Source: a virus
Strand: one strand, 5' to 3'
Length of the DNA: 64,000 bases
IMG/VR virus record: IMGVR_UViG_3300038393_000864
Coordinates: 1-64,000 of that record
The position numbers were made by a program, and so were the translations under genes. Shown here one piece after another: positions 34,753 to 43,417 of this stretch; positions within the stretch are counted from its first letter, which is position 1, and each line of letters opens with the position of its first letter. The notes under the pieces are model-generated. The model was not told the origin of the DNA and did not search any database. It saw nothing but the letters and a program-made list of their open reading frames with translations.

Positions 34753-34911
34753 TTATTGTGCTACGATTTCAAAAATATAATCAACAGCGCGAATAGCGTC
34801 GTCAGCAGGATTATCTGCGTATTCAGGCGTAAAGTCTTCAGGTGTCTCTTGGTTCCGCTTGTAATACTCAGTCATTGCTTTGATCAACTGTTCTTTGGTA
34901 AGAGTGTTCAT
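34753..34911 (-). CDS. hypothetical protein (52 aa, below track cutoff)
   Basis: Hand-translated as MNTLTKEQLIKAMTEYYKRNQETPEDFTPEYADNPADDAIRAVDYIFEIVAQ. ATGA overlap with the upstream gene. Confidence 0.5.
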   Translation of the reverse strand: MNTLTKEQLIKAMTEYYKRNQETPEDFTPEYADNPADDAIRAVDYIFEIVAQ

Positions 34912-35102
34912 TGTTTAGCCTTCCGTTGAGCCTTACGAGCAGCGCGTTGTGCTTTCAGTGCACGCTTTTCAGGATTGATGTACGTGCCTTCGTAGCGACT
35001 GTCATGGAACACGACACCACGCTTAAGTGCTTTAACAGCTTTGTTAGCTGCTGCACGGCGAATTTTGTATTCTTCATACGATTCATTTTCTTTGCGTTGC
35101 AT
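34908..35102 (-). CDS. hypothetical basic protein (64 aa)
   Basis: AAGGAGATAACA SD before ATG 35102. The longer track ORF is an upstream extension. Confidence 0.55.
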   Translation of the reverse strand: MQRKENESYEEYKIRRAAANKAVKALKRGVVFHDSRYEGTYINPEKRALKAQRAARKAQRKAKQ

Positions 35103-35112
35103 TGTTATCTCC

Positions 35113-35397
35113 TTAATATCCCTGCATAGAAACCAAGATTGCTCTTGGATTATCATCAATCCAGACATCGATATTGATGCCTTGATCAAACATAAATTGT
35201 TCCTTGGCTTTACGTCCTGTTGGATAGAAGCCGTGAACCTTCCCGTCCAATGCTTCGTAAACCTGTTGCATCTCTGCTTCAAAACGCCAAGTCACTACAT
35301 ACACTTTGTGTCCGCCTTTGCGGAAAGCTTCAATCACTTTATCCCATACATAAGGATGTCGAGTGTACGTGTCATCGAAGTCCAGCCCAATATTAAT
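35113..35397 (-). CDS. miniature HAD-superfamily phosphatase (94 aa) with apparent non-canonical ATT start
   Basis: All four HAD motifs are present: LDFDDT, VVT, GRKAK and WIDDNP. Motif I lies upstream of the first GTG. Only ATT/CTG codons occur between the in-frame TAA and motif I. AAGGAGG lies 5 nt before the ATT at 35397. Confidence 0.6.
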   Translation of the reverse strand: MNIGLDFDDTYTRHPYVWDKVIEAFRKGGHKVYVVTWRFEAEMQQVYEALDGKVHGFYPTGRKAKEQFMFDQGINIDVWIDDNPRAILVSMQGY

Positions 35398-35423
35398 TTT
35401 ATCCTCCTTGGTTGGTTTCTTGC

Positions 35424-35462
35424 GACAGGTAGAATCTTACGCTCATCAGTTCTACCTGTCAA
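35424..35462 (-). promoter_or_regulatory. sigma70-type promoter (TTGACA-17-TAAGAT) embedded in a perfect 11-bp inverted repeat
   Basis: GACAGGTAGAA at 35424-35434 and TTCTACCTGTC at 35450-35460. Minus-strand -35 at 35462-35457 and -10 at 35439-35434. Confidence 0.55.
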
Positions 35463-35475
35463 CAACTTTCTTACA

Positions 35476-35724
35476 TTATTTTAGTGATTCCCACTGTTCG
35501 TCGGTAAGCTTGGTAAGACCTTTATACCCATCTGCTACGAATAAGTTTTCCCCCAAGAAAATCTGTGGCATGGAACGCAGGCCTAGAAACTGGATATAAG
35601 AGAATGCAAAAGCGTCTTCATCCACCTTCTTAACTTCAAACGGTACGCCTTTCTTTTCCAGCAGAGCGATTGCTTGCGCACATTGAGCACAACCCTTCAT
35701 AGAATATACAGTAAGTCTCTTCAT
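35476..35724 (-). CDS. nrdH: glutaredoxin-like protein (NrdH-type)
   Basis: MKRLTVYSMKGCAQCAQA CxxC motif. 82 aa, immediately downstream of nrdB. Confidence 0.8.
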   Translation of the reverse strand: MKRLTVYSMKGCAQCAQAIALLEKKGVPFEVKKVDEDAFAFSYIQFLGLRSMPQIFLGENLFVADGYKGLTKLTDEQWESLK

Positions 35725-36680
35725 CAATACTCCCATCCACCCGTAAGACTATCCTTGCTGTACGCAGTGATAGTACGTTCAAAAAAGTTACCAAATACAC
35801 CGTCACCAGTGATTTCCTCAACAAACGTGAGTGGATTCTTCTCCACGCCAAACTGAGGCTTGAATCCCATCTGCTGCATGCGGTAATCGCACACAAATCG
35901 ATTGTTAAGCTTCACCTCATCAGCCGTCATGTTAGGTGGTTGCCAGATGCCATAACACAGGTCAACAAAACGATCTTCCAGATCAACCACTGTACGAGCC
36001 GTGGTGTAGATAGTGCGCTTGAACTCTTCCGTGACAACAGATGGATTCTCTTCAACGAAGATGCGGAAAAGTTCGGACAACCCTTCTACGTGCATCGATT
36101 CGTCAATAATGCTCCACTGATTCACACTCACCATACCCGGCAGCAAGCCAAGCCTGTTGAAGTTGAGGAGCATTGTGAACGAGGCAAACAGATTCACACC
36201 CTCCATAAGAATCTGTTTTGCAAGGTACTCTGCGATACCTTTGTTAGATCGTATGTTCGCTTGCTCAATCATGAACGAGTGCTTATCTGCCATCTCAGAG
36301 TACGACAAGAATTCATTCATAAACTCGTTAGTGTCATACCCAAGAGTCTCGTTCAGCAGCTTATAGCCAAGCATGTGAGTCACTTCACGATTCGCAAAGG
36401 ACAACAACATCGTACGTGCATCAGCATTCTTAAACACGGGTAGCAGCTTTTCTACATAGCCTGCACAAACGTTCGTATCGGCTTGAGTGAACAGGCGGAG
36501 AATCATTTTGATGAACTCTTTCTGCTCTGGCTTAATCTTGCCACCCTTCCATTGCTCGACATCTTGAGACATATCTGCCTCACTCTTCACCCAGTGGGCA
36601 CGTTCGTGTTTGTCCAACACTTGTTGCAGCTTCAGGTATTTGGGTACAAAAATCTCTGTTGCTTCTGTGATCTTACTCAT
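35724..36680 (-). CDS. nrdB: ribonucleotide reductase class Ia beta subunit
   Basis: Di-iron ligand motifs: FANREVTHMLGY and IIDESMHVEG. Confidence 0.9.
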   Translation of the reverse strand: MSKITEATEIFVPKYLKLQQVLDKHERAHWVKSEADMSQDVEQWKGGKIKPEQKEFIKMILRLFTQADTNVCAGYVEKLLPVFKNADARTMLLSFANREVTHMLGYKLLNETLGYDTNEFMNEFLSYSEMADKHSFMIEQANIRSNKGIAEYLAKQILMEGVNLFASFTMLLNFNRLGLLPGMVSVNQWSIIDESMHVEGLSELFRIFVEENPSVVTEEFKRTIYTTARTVVDLEDRFVDLCYGIWQPPNMTADEVKLNNRFVCDYRMQQMGFKPQFGVEKNPLTFVEEITGDGVFGNFFERTITAYSKDSLTGGWEY

Positions 36681-37258
36681 GTTCCATGCCTTTCACTGTA
36701 GTCTGCACCTTGTTCATTTAGCTCCTTTATCATTTTTAATCTATATTCTACCGCCATTTTAAATGCTGGCATTAGTCCATACTCTCTTATAGAAAAACAT
36801 TTCTGCGCTTGCTTCATGTCTAATGTCCTCCAACTGGCACACCAGTAATAAACCCCCTTACCGTTGGAGATGCAGCTAACACCACTTACTCCCGTAGAAT
36901 TGTTAATCTGCTTTTTCTTATTTCTACTGTTAGTCTTGAGGGTCGCTAATCTAAGATTTTCAATTTTGTTGTTCGTGCTGTCGCCGTCAATGTGGTCAAT
37001 GTACATTCCATCTAAGCTGCCTTTCAGGATTTTCCAAATTATGCGGTGTACTGCGTAGTCTTTCCAATTGAACATCACATGCCAATATCTTTTTCCTCCG
37101 ACACTACCAGCCACATCACCCGCTTGGCGTCGGGTGTGCTTCAATCCCCTGCCGTTCTTAACGTCCACCTTCCACCTCAAGCAGCTTGGGCTAGTTTCAT
37201 CGTAGTAGAAATAATCAGACCAGTTAATGTCATACTTGTCAGCGTTACTTTGTGCCAT
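36677..37258 (-). CDS. HNH homing endonuclease with AP2 domain
   Basis: IDHIDGDSTNNKIENLRLATLKTNSRN (HNH_3). STGVSGVSC..YYWCASW..FKMAVEYR (AP2). Inserted between nrdA and nrdB. Confidence 0.85.
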   Translation of the reverse strand: MAQSNADKYDINWSDYFYYDETSPSCLRWKVDVKNGRGLKHTRRQAGDVAGSVGGKRYWHVMFNWKDYAVHRIIWKILKGSLDGMYIDHIDGDSTNNKIENLRLATLKTNSRNKKKQINNSTGVSGVSCISNGKGVYYWCASWRTLDMKQAQKCFSIREYGLMPAFKMAVEYRLKMIKELNEQGADYSERHGT

Positions 37259-37285
37259 TCGTACCCCTCATTAGTTCAAAAATAC

Positions 37286-37314
37286 ATTATGCCACAAAGT
37301 AACATTTCTGTCAA
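37286..37314 (-). promoter_or_regulatory. sigma70-type promoter (TTGACA-17-CATAAT) in front of the HNH gene
   Basis: Minus strand: TTGACA at 37314-37309, 17-nt spacer, CATAAT at 37291-37286. Confidence 0.6.
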
Positions 37315-37329
37315 GGTTAAGAGTATTAA

Positions 37330-39165
37330 TCAGCCGCCGCAGGCTACACATTCCTCGGTTGTCCAGTCTACAAGTGCCTTTCGCTCAATTTTCTTGGCAT
37401 GGTCCGCGCTACCTTCTCGCTCCGTGCGCAGATAGTACATAGTCAGAACGTTCTTAGCACGCAAAAACTTTAGGTGCACGGAGTTGACATACTTACGGCT
37501 AGAACCAAAGGGGAAGAACGTATTCAGGGACTGCGCCTGCATACCTGCATATTGTCCGCGCTGGTCTGCCAACTCAACAACCCAGTGTTGGTCAAGTTCC
37601 ATAGCCACCTTGAACACATCTTTGTCATGATCCGACAAGAAATCAAGGTGATCGACTTTACCTTCATTCTTGTTGATGCTTTCCCAAACATCGTCAGTGT
37701 TCTTGCCAAGCGACTCCAGCAGTTTTTCCAGATGACGATTCTTCACCTTAAACGTACCTGCACGAGTGTCCTTCAAAAACACATTGCGGAAGTACGGCTC
37801 AATACTAGGCGATGTGTCAAGCAAGTCTGCACTATTAGCATTTGGGGCAATCGCCATCGTTCGGCTGTTGCGCAGACCGGTTCCAATCATATCATCAGGC
37901 TCACCTCGTTCTACTGCAAGGCGACGGCTCTCTTCCTGTGCACGTTTGCTAATCTCGCTGTACAACATGTTAGTGTGCATGACCGCACTGTTGAACCCGC
38001 CGCTCTCAAACGCAATACCTTTACTCTGAAGATACCCATGCCATCCAAGGGTGCCAAGCCCGATAGCACGCTCTTTCTCTGCACTGAACTTCGCCTTACG
38101 CATGCCGTCAGGGGCATTATCAATAAAGCTTTGCAGTACATTATCAAGGAAGCGAACCAAGTCCTGCACAATGTTGGTGTCTTTCCACTCTTCCCATTTT
38201 TCCAGATTGAGGCTGGATAGGCAGCACACGAATGTGCGTTCTTCGTCGGTCGGCAGGACAATCTCACTACACAGATTAGAGCCACGAATCTTAAGACCTT
38301 TAGCCTTCTGCGTTTCTGGCATCCGGCGATTGGCCTCGTCAATCTTCAGCAGATAGGGTTCGCCGGTGAACGCACGAGTCTCCATAATCAGTTCCCACAC
38401 TTCACGAGCACGCAGTGTATCCCGAACTTCACCTGTGTGCGGGCATACTAAACTGTACATTGTGTCATTGAAAACGGCATCAATGAAATCATCAGTAAGA
38501 TTCACAGCATTGTGGAACTGCTGCCTATTATCGCTACGCCGCTTAGTGTCCCCACCCGGCTTACGGAAGTTAATATGCTCAAGAATATCAGGGTGATTAA
38601 CATCCATATAAACTGCAATAGCACCCTTGCGAGTCTTACCTTGGCGATAGTATCCAATGGTACTATCCAACACTTTCATGTAAGGGATCGGACCGGGAGA
38701 TTTCTCGCTCACAGCACGGATGCTGATGTGCCCACCTGTACCACCCCCAGCCGTTGACAAATCTGCCAATTCTACCATTGCCTCTTTCTGGCCTTTCAAT
38801 GTATCCGGCACATCGAAAGCAAAACAGGAAATAGGTTGACCAACACTTTTCTCTTCTGGAATGAACGTGCTCTTGTACCAGTAGTGTGCACCCTTCTTTT
38901 CAGGATCATTCACCCAACTACCTTTACGAGCATTCGACAGGACGGGGCTGGCATACATAAACCAACCGTTGTACACATAGTCGTAGATGCGCTGTGCAAG
39001 CTCCAGATCACCGTAACAGAAAGCGATTGCAGGACGAGCCAAGGCTTCCGAAATAGATTCATCATTGCGCTTGTAAAACCCATCCAGCAACGTACGCGAG
39101 AACTCAGTGATGTACACTGGGTCTTCCTCGTTAATCAAAATACCTTTGTACGCTTTTTTACTCAT
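37330..39165 (-). CDS. nrdA: ribonucleotide reductase class I alpha subunit (no ATP-cone evident)
   Basis: NLCSEIVLPTDEERTFVCCLSSLNL active-site region and a C-terminal CVACGG tail. ATG at 39165. Confidence 0.9.
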   Translation of the reverse strand: MSKKAYKGILINEEDPVYITEFSRTLLDGFYKRNDESISEALARPAIAFCYGDLELAQRIYDYVYNGWFMYASPVLSNARKGSWVNDPEKKGAHYWYKSTFIPEEKSVGQPISCFAFDVPDTLKGQKEAMVELADLSTAGGGTGGHISIRAVSEKSPGPIPYMKVLDSTIGYYRQGKTRKGAIAVYMDVNHPDILEHINFRKPGGDTKRRSDNRQQFHNAVNLTDDFIDAVFNDTMYSLVCPHTGEVRDTLRAREVWELIMETRAFTGEPYLLKIDEANRRMPETQKAKGLKIRGSNLCSEIVLPTDEERTFVCCLSSLNLEKWEEWKDTNIVQDLVRFLDNVLQSFIDNAPDGMRKAKFSAEKERAIGLGTLGWHGYLQSKGIAFESGGFNSAVMHTNMLYSEISKRAQEESRRLAVERGEPDDMIGTGLRNSRTMAIAPNANSADLLDTSPSIEPYFRNVFLKDTRAGTFKVKNRHLEKLLESLGKNTDDVWESINKNEGKVDHLDFLSDHDKDVFKVAMELDQHWVVELADQRGQYAGMQAQSLNTFFPFGSSRKYVNSVHLKFLRAKNVLTMYYLRTEREGSADHAKKIERKALVDWTTEECVACGG

Positions 39166-39745
39166 CAACAATCCCTTCTACATTCTTACGTTTATGTTTC
39201 TTCCGCTTCTTTTCAGCAGGCTTCGGATTACGATAGTCTTCCAAACTTTTGTATGATCCATCAGGATTACGCTGCTCGCCCCGAATGTGGAACAGAATCT
39301 CTTCTAGTTGGTTAATCTGTTCGACAATCTTAAGTTCTTCTGCCTTATACTCTTCAGCTTCCTTGGTAGGAATGTTATCGTCAAGAGCATGCGAGCCACC
39401 ATATTGAGGGCACGTATGGCCCATTGCATACAATTCTTCGTAGAGGCTCTTATCCTGTGCCTGAGCAGCCAGCATCACATCCTCTAAAGTCGAATACGGA
39501 CCTTTGATGTGCTTGCGTGCGAAATTATATTCACCTGCGAACAAAAATCCAACTTTTACTTCACCTTTCAACGTTCGGTGTTGTGCAGCATAAACATGCA
39601 CCGCTTTGTTTGTGTCGAATCCAAGTTCAGCAAGAACTCCATATACTTTGTCTGCGTTATCAAGATGAACAAGATCAAACTGATTCATACCTTGCAACGG
39701 CTCTGCCAACAAGAGGTCGTACGCACTAATTACTTTTGACATCAT
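39158..39745 (-). CDS. hypothetical protein (195 aa) with basic C-terminal tail
   Basis: GGAGGTG SD. C-terminal KKRKKHKRK. Confidence 0.6.
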   Translation of the reverse strand: MMSKVISAYDLLLAEPLQGMNQFDLVHLDNADKVYGVLAELGFDTNKAVHVYAAQHRTLKGEVKVGFLFAGEYNFARKHIKGPYSTLEDVMLAAQAQDKSLYEELYAMGHTCPQYGGSHALDDNIPTKEAEEYKAEELKIVEQINQLEEILFHIRGEQRNPDGSYKSLEDYRNPKPAEKKRKKHKRKNVEGIVDE

Positions 39746-39951
39746 TCACCTCCAAATCGCGGAACATCCCAAGCCAAATCTTTAGGTTTGTAATAATCGT
39801 TACCAACCCAAATCACTTCCCAACCTTGTTGCTTTGCGAAGTTAAAAGCGTTCTTGCACTTCTCCCAAGTGTCATTTGCGCCTGTAGGCTCAAGCATACG
39901 ATACCACCCCTCCTCAAGCCCGTGTTCAAAGCTAATCATTGCTTGTTTCAT
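39742..39951 (-). CDS. hypothetical protein (69 aa)
   Basis: ORF with start/stop overlaps on both sides. Confidence 0.55.
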   Translation of the reverse strand: MKQAMISFEHGLEEGWYRMLEPTGANDTWEKCKNAFNFAKQQGWEVIWVGNDYYKPKDLAWDVPRFGGE

Positions 39952-40367
39952 CAGTAAGCCTTTCCGCCTTCAGCTTCACGATTCTCTTTCTTATGATCTG
40001 GACGTACTGCATTGAAAGCAAGCTTCTCCTCAATAGCCCCACCAAGATCAAGATTCATAGCGCCGCAAAGATCGGCAATACGAATAACCGCATCAGCAAG
40101 TTCAACTTCCAGCATAGAGCGATGTGGCAGCTTATCGTCCATAAGGTTCTTACGGTGACCTTCCATACCTTCGCTAACCTCGCTATGAGTCAAGCAAAGC
40201 TTCTGTGCAACGAGCGCTCCTGCCAGCAGCGCTTGAAAGTCATCAAGCGGGTTGTTAATCATCTGCTTGAGGTCCATGCCAGTTTTACTGTGATGCCACC
40301 AACCTGCATTGTAGGATGCTCCGTGGCACACATCTACCAAATTGTTTACGTTATTTTTGATACTCAT
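39951..40367 (-). CDS. MazG-like nucleotide pyrophosphohydrolase (putative)
   Basis: HSEVSEGMEGHRK..LEVELADAVIRIADLCGAMNLDLGGAIEEKLAFN matches the all-alpha NTP-PPase pattern. GGGAGAG SD before ATG 40367. Confidence 0.65.
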   Translation of the reverse strand: MSIKNNVNNLVDVCHGASYNAGWWHHSKTGMDLKQMINNPLDDFQALLAGALVAQKLCLTHSEVSEGMEGHRKNLMDDKLPHRSMLEVELADAVIRIADLCGAMNLDLGGAIEEKLAFNAVRPDHKKENREAEGGKAY

Positions 40368-40561
40368 TATTTGCTCTCCCATACTACTTCTTCATATTTG
40401 GCCCAATTGCCATCTTTCACATACTTGATGGCTTCTTCAGCAGTATCAAAATGTACTGCGCACTCTTCAAACGACATTGCTTCGTACATGAAATGCCAAA
40501 GAAACCAACCTTTGTATTGAGGATAATAGTACTTGCCGTGTTTGTAGACCCGAGTTTTCAT
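40367..40561 (-). CDS. hypothetical protein (64 aa)
   Basis: Coupled ORF (overlapping stops/starts). Confidence 0.5.
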   Translation of the reverse strand: MKTRVYKHGKYYYPQYKGWFLWHFMYEAMSFEECAVHFDTAEEAIKYVKDGNWAKYEEVVWESK

Positions 40562-41430
40562 AGTGGCATGGCTTCAAGAATAGGTACGCCGTCAATCAAC
40601 AAGCAAGTCCCGATGATAGGGCGCTTAAGATTTGTGTTGTTGTAAGCGTAAGCAAGACCCTTATCATCAATCAAACAACCACCATTCATTGCCCAAAACA
40701 GCCCATTCGGATTTGCCCAATACTTTACCCCAAAGCTTTCATGGAAGTGCCCGCACACATGGCTCATCGACATAGCTTGGCTCGTCTTGATGGCATCGCT
40801 GCTCTTGCCGTGATGAATATAAACCTGCTGACCATCTGGCAGAGTAATCGTAAGATCGTTATGCCACACCCAACCTTCGTCCACACCAAGCACTTCATTA
40901 TAGCTGCGAATGTATCTCCGTGGCAAGCCGTGATGCTTTGCTTTACGATAAATCATTGAGCCATGATTGCTATCAATGATATCCATCTTAGGAAACATCT
41001 CCTTCAACTCTGCAATGATCGGCAGAGATGCAGTAAGTTCATCACCAGCGCTCATCAAATCCGGGTCGCTGTCGTGGAACGAAAGTGCGTGTTTATCAAG
41101 CTCATCGCCCAAACAAATCACTCGGGTAGGGTTGTATCGATCCTTCAACGATTGCAGAAATGACAATGTGTTCGGATGATGGTACGGGATGTGCATATCG
41201 CTGATAAACAGAATACGACTGTTATCATGCTTATCTTTTAGCACAGGCTCATCGTACATCTCAACCACACGTTCTTCCACTTCGGACATAGCTTTGTAGT
41301 AAGCACGCAGATAATCCAAACAAGTACTACGAGGGACACCCAAGAACTCGGCAATCTCTCTGCGACTCATCACGCCAGTGTTAGCCAGCTTTACCGCCTG
41401 TTCGCGCCAATCTTTATCAGCAATATTCAT
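40558..41430 (-). CDS. metallophosphoesterase with N-terminal HTH segment
   Basis: FISDMH, GDELD and SNHG are calcineurin-like motifs. N-terminal MSRREIAEFLGVPRSTCLDYL is HTH-like. Confidence 0.7.
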   Translation of the reverse strand: MNIADKDWREQAVKLANTGVMSRREIAEFLGVPRSTCLDYLRAYYKAMSEVEERVVEMYDEPVLKDKHDNSRILFISDMHIPYHHPNTLSFLQSLKDRYNPTRVICLGDELDKHALSFHDSDPDLMSAGDELTASLPIIAELKEMFPKMDIIDSNHGSMIYRKAKHHGLPRRYIRSYNEVLGVDEGWVWHNDLTITLPDGQQVYIHHGKSSDAIKTSQAMSMSHVCGHFHESFGVKYWANPNGLFWAMNGGCLIDDKGLAYAYNNTNLKRPIIGTCLLIDGVPILEAMPL

Positions 41431-41648
41431 TCGTACTCCCTCACCCAATCATCTTCAAGTTTAACAGGCTCTTTATCAAATGCCTTGAGCATCAATTCAA
41501 GAGTACCTTTGATATCTTCTTTATTCTCCCAACCGGCGACTGATGCAGCACACCAACTCACAATATCGCCATTTGTGTTGTAATAACATTCAATCAGATC
41601 GTAGCAATCGTCATCTACATTTACAGCGATACGGTAGTTCCAGTTCAT
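41427..41648 (-). CDS. hypothetical protein (73 aa)
   Basis: Coupled ORF. Confidence 0.5.
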   Translation of the reverse strand: MNWNYRIAVNVDDDCYDLIECYYNTNGDIVSWCAASVAGWENKEDIKGTLELMLKAFDKEPVKLEDDWVREYE

Positions 41649-42241
41649 TTGCCCTCCAGTTCTTCAATCTTCTTATGCAAGTCATCTTGCCGAGCAATAT
41701 AGTTGCTAATGAGTCTCTGCTTGTGAGAAATGTCTTGCTCATTCAGCTTGATAGATTGGTCAAGCTGTGCAACTTGCTCTTTGAATTCTTTCAGAGTGCG
41801 TTGTTGTTCGGCTGTGAGAGGTTTCTTGTCTAGGATTTTAAATCGACCATCTTTAACAGCAAGAAGAAATCGACTTTTATGGTACGTAGCCTCTGCCGGT
41901 AATGTGGGGTGACTCAGACGGTATTCCTTGCCATCAAAGTATCCTTTGTAAACTTTATCAGTCCCAACATATGTGCAGTAAAACTCGTCCGGCAATTCTT
42001 CAGTTTTCTCTTGTTTCGGCTTGTCCTCTACAATATACCACACACAGCCTGCTACGTTTTTCCGCACTTCTTCTTTCGTAAACACGACGTTCGGCAGTGC
42101 TTGCCCCATCGAATAACTCTTACGATCAAACCCTCGTGCCCACGTCACTTCGTAGTCACCATGCGCGTTGAGTTTTACAGTGTGTGTGAATCCGGGAAAG
42201 CCGTTAGTCCGCATTTGAAACTTGTCTGGAAGCTGTTTCAT
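41645..42241 (-). CDS. hypothetical protein (198 aa) with C-terminal coiled coil
   Basis: AAGGAGAAGAA SD. Preceded by a promoter-like TTGCGC-17-TAAAAT (42300-42272). Confidence 0.6.
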   Translation of the reverse strand: MKQLPDKFQMRTNGFPGFTHTVKLNAHGDYEVTWARGFDRKSYSMGQALPNVVFTKEEVRKNVAGCVWYIVEDKPKQEKTEELPDEFYCTYVGTDKVYKGYFDGKEYRLSHPTLPAEATYHKSRFLLAVKDGRFKILDKKPLTAEQQRTLKEFKEQVAQLDQSIKLNEQDISHKQRLISNYIARQDDLHKKIEELEGK

Positions 42242-42303
42242 TTCTTCTCCTTAAGAATATACAACAAACGTATTTTACTCTTGTTCTTGCATATGCGCAA
42301 GGG

Positions 42304-42864
42304 TTATTTTACTCGACGTAAGATTTCTTCTACAGCAGCCCTTCGCTTCTCGGGATTGCTAAGCTGTACATCTGTATAGCCATAATCATAGCAAAACTGC
42401 TTGATGTCCTTCACAGGCTTCTTGCAGATGGCAATAACCTCTTTCTGTATTGCTGCCTCTTCAAAACTTACACCTGCCCGCTGACTCTGATTAACGATTT
42501 TATGACAAGGCTTACAAAGAGGTCTTAGAGAGGTAAAATCTACCAAGAACAAGTGTGCAACATAGGAAGCAACATCGTGCAGTCCTGTAAAACTGTGGCT
42601 ATCGCCTATGTGGTCAATCTCAATCATAGATTGAACTGTATCTTTCTGGCAGATACTGCAAGTCATGCCCCAGCATTCAGGGAACCTCTTAGCATTCTTA
42701 GCAACAGGGTTCGGGATACGCTTGCGAAACTTTTTGATGTACTCAAGCTTGATGGGGTGCTTCGACCAACCCTTTCGCAATACTCCCCTCACCCATGCCC
42801 AAAAAGCTGCCTCAGTCTTCCACGGGCTTCCTTCGCACAGCCACGGTTTACGGCTTGTAGACAT
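42304..42864 (-). CDS. HNH-like zinc-binding nuclease-family protein (putative)
   Basis: CSICQ..IEIDHI..CKPCH pattern. The start is uncertain (ATG 42864 or 42894). Confidence 0.5.
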   Translation of the reverse strand: MSTSRKPWLCEGSPWKTEAAFWAWVRGVLRKGWSKHPIKLEYIKKFRKRIPNPVAKNAKRFPECWGMTCSICQKDTVQSMIEIDHIGDSHSFTGLHDVASYVAHLFLVDFTSLRPLCKPCHKIVNQSQRAGVSFEEAAIQKEVIAICKKPVKDIKQFCYDYGYTDVQLSNPEKRRAAVEEILRRVK

Positions 42865-43045
42865 ATCCCTCCGCTTCGTTCTTGTTGCGGACATAGTTGT
42901 AAACGTCAAGAACAACAAAATCGTTAAACCAGCCAATGAACCTTTTCTTAACACGCAAGCTTGAAGACTTTGTGTCCAGCACGGCCCACCCATACCAAGT
43001 TTTTACAGGCATGTATCGCACAGGGAAGGAAGTTTGTTCAGTCAT
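42848..43045 (-). CDS. hypothetical protein (65 aa)
   Basis: ATG 43045 within the track ORF 42848-43108. Confidence 0.45.
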   Translation of the reverse strand: MTEQTSFPVRYMPVKTWYGWAVLDTKSSSLRVKKRFIGWFNDFVVLDVYNYVRNKNEAEGYVYKP

Positions 43046-43250
43046 TTTGCACCACCACGTCTGCAAGATTTTGAGGTAGGGTTGTGAGGTCGTCCAACCA
43101 ATCATCATCTACTTCAAGGTAATCATAAAACAAGCCAATTGCGCGCAAAACTTCCCGAGCACCCAAAGAGTTGTTTTGTGCTTCCAATCTGCCGTCAATA
43201 TACAGACCTTCCCAATCATCTCCTACAACAAAAGTGATTTGCTTTTTCAT
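43038..43250 (-). CDS. hypothetical acidic protein (70 aa)
   Basis: GGAG SD 8 nt before ATG 43250. Confidence 0.5.
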   Translation of the reverse strand: MKKQITFVVGDDWEGLYIDGRLEAQNNSLGAREVLRAIGLFYDYLEVDDDWLDDLTTLPQNLADVVVQND

Positions 43251-43417
43251 TTGCACAACTCCAAAGCTTGTTGTTCAGTGAAACCTTCCTTGACAAGAGC
43301 TTCGTACTTCGCTCGCTGAATTTTGGCGTTAAGCTGCACATACTCGACATGTGCAAGTAGATTATCTGCCAATTGCTTTACAAGCATCGGAAAGGTTGCT
43401 TCGTTTTGGTTGCTCAT
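43247..43417 (-). CDS. hypothetical protein (56 aa, below track cutoff)
   Basis: Hand-translated as MSNQNEATFPMLVKQLADNLLAHVEYVQLNAKIQRAKYEALVKEGFTEQQALELCK. ATGA overlaps at both ends. Confidence 0.5.
   Translation of the reverse strand: MSNQNEATFPMLVKQLADNLLAHVEYVQLNAKIQRAKYEALVKEGFTEQQALELCK

Noticed and set aside
34183-34929. 248-aa plus-strand ORF, and similar long plus-strand ORFs at 44336-45139, 48907-49839, 52305-53234, 54787-55713 and 56033-56662
   Set aside because: All lie antisense to well-supported minus-strand genes (SSB, polymerase, primase-helicase, lipoproteins, ThyX). They lack SD sequences and recognisable motifs.
35435-35449. CTGATGAG in the loop of the 11-bp inverted repeat (minus strand), a hammerhead ribozyme core-like string
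   Set aside because: There is no matching stem II hairpin, GAAA box or cleavage-site helix arrangement. It is best explained as a chance match inside a promoter/operator palindrome.
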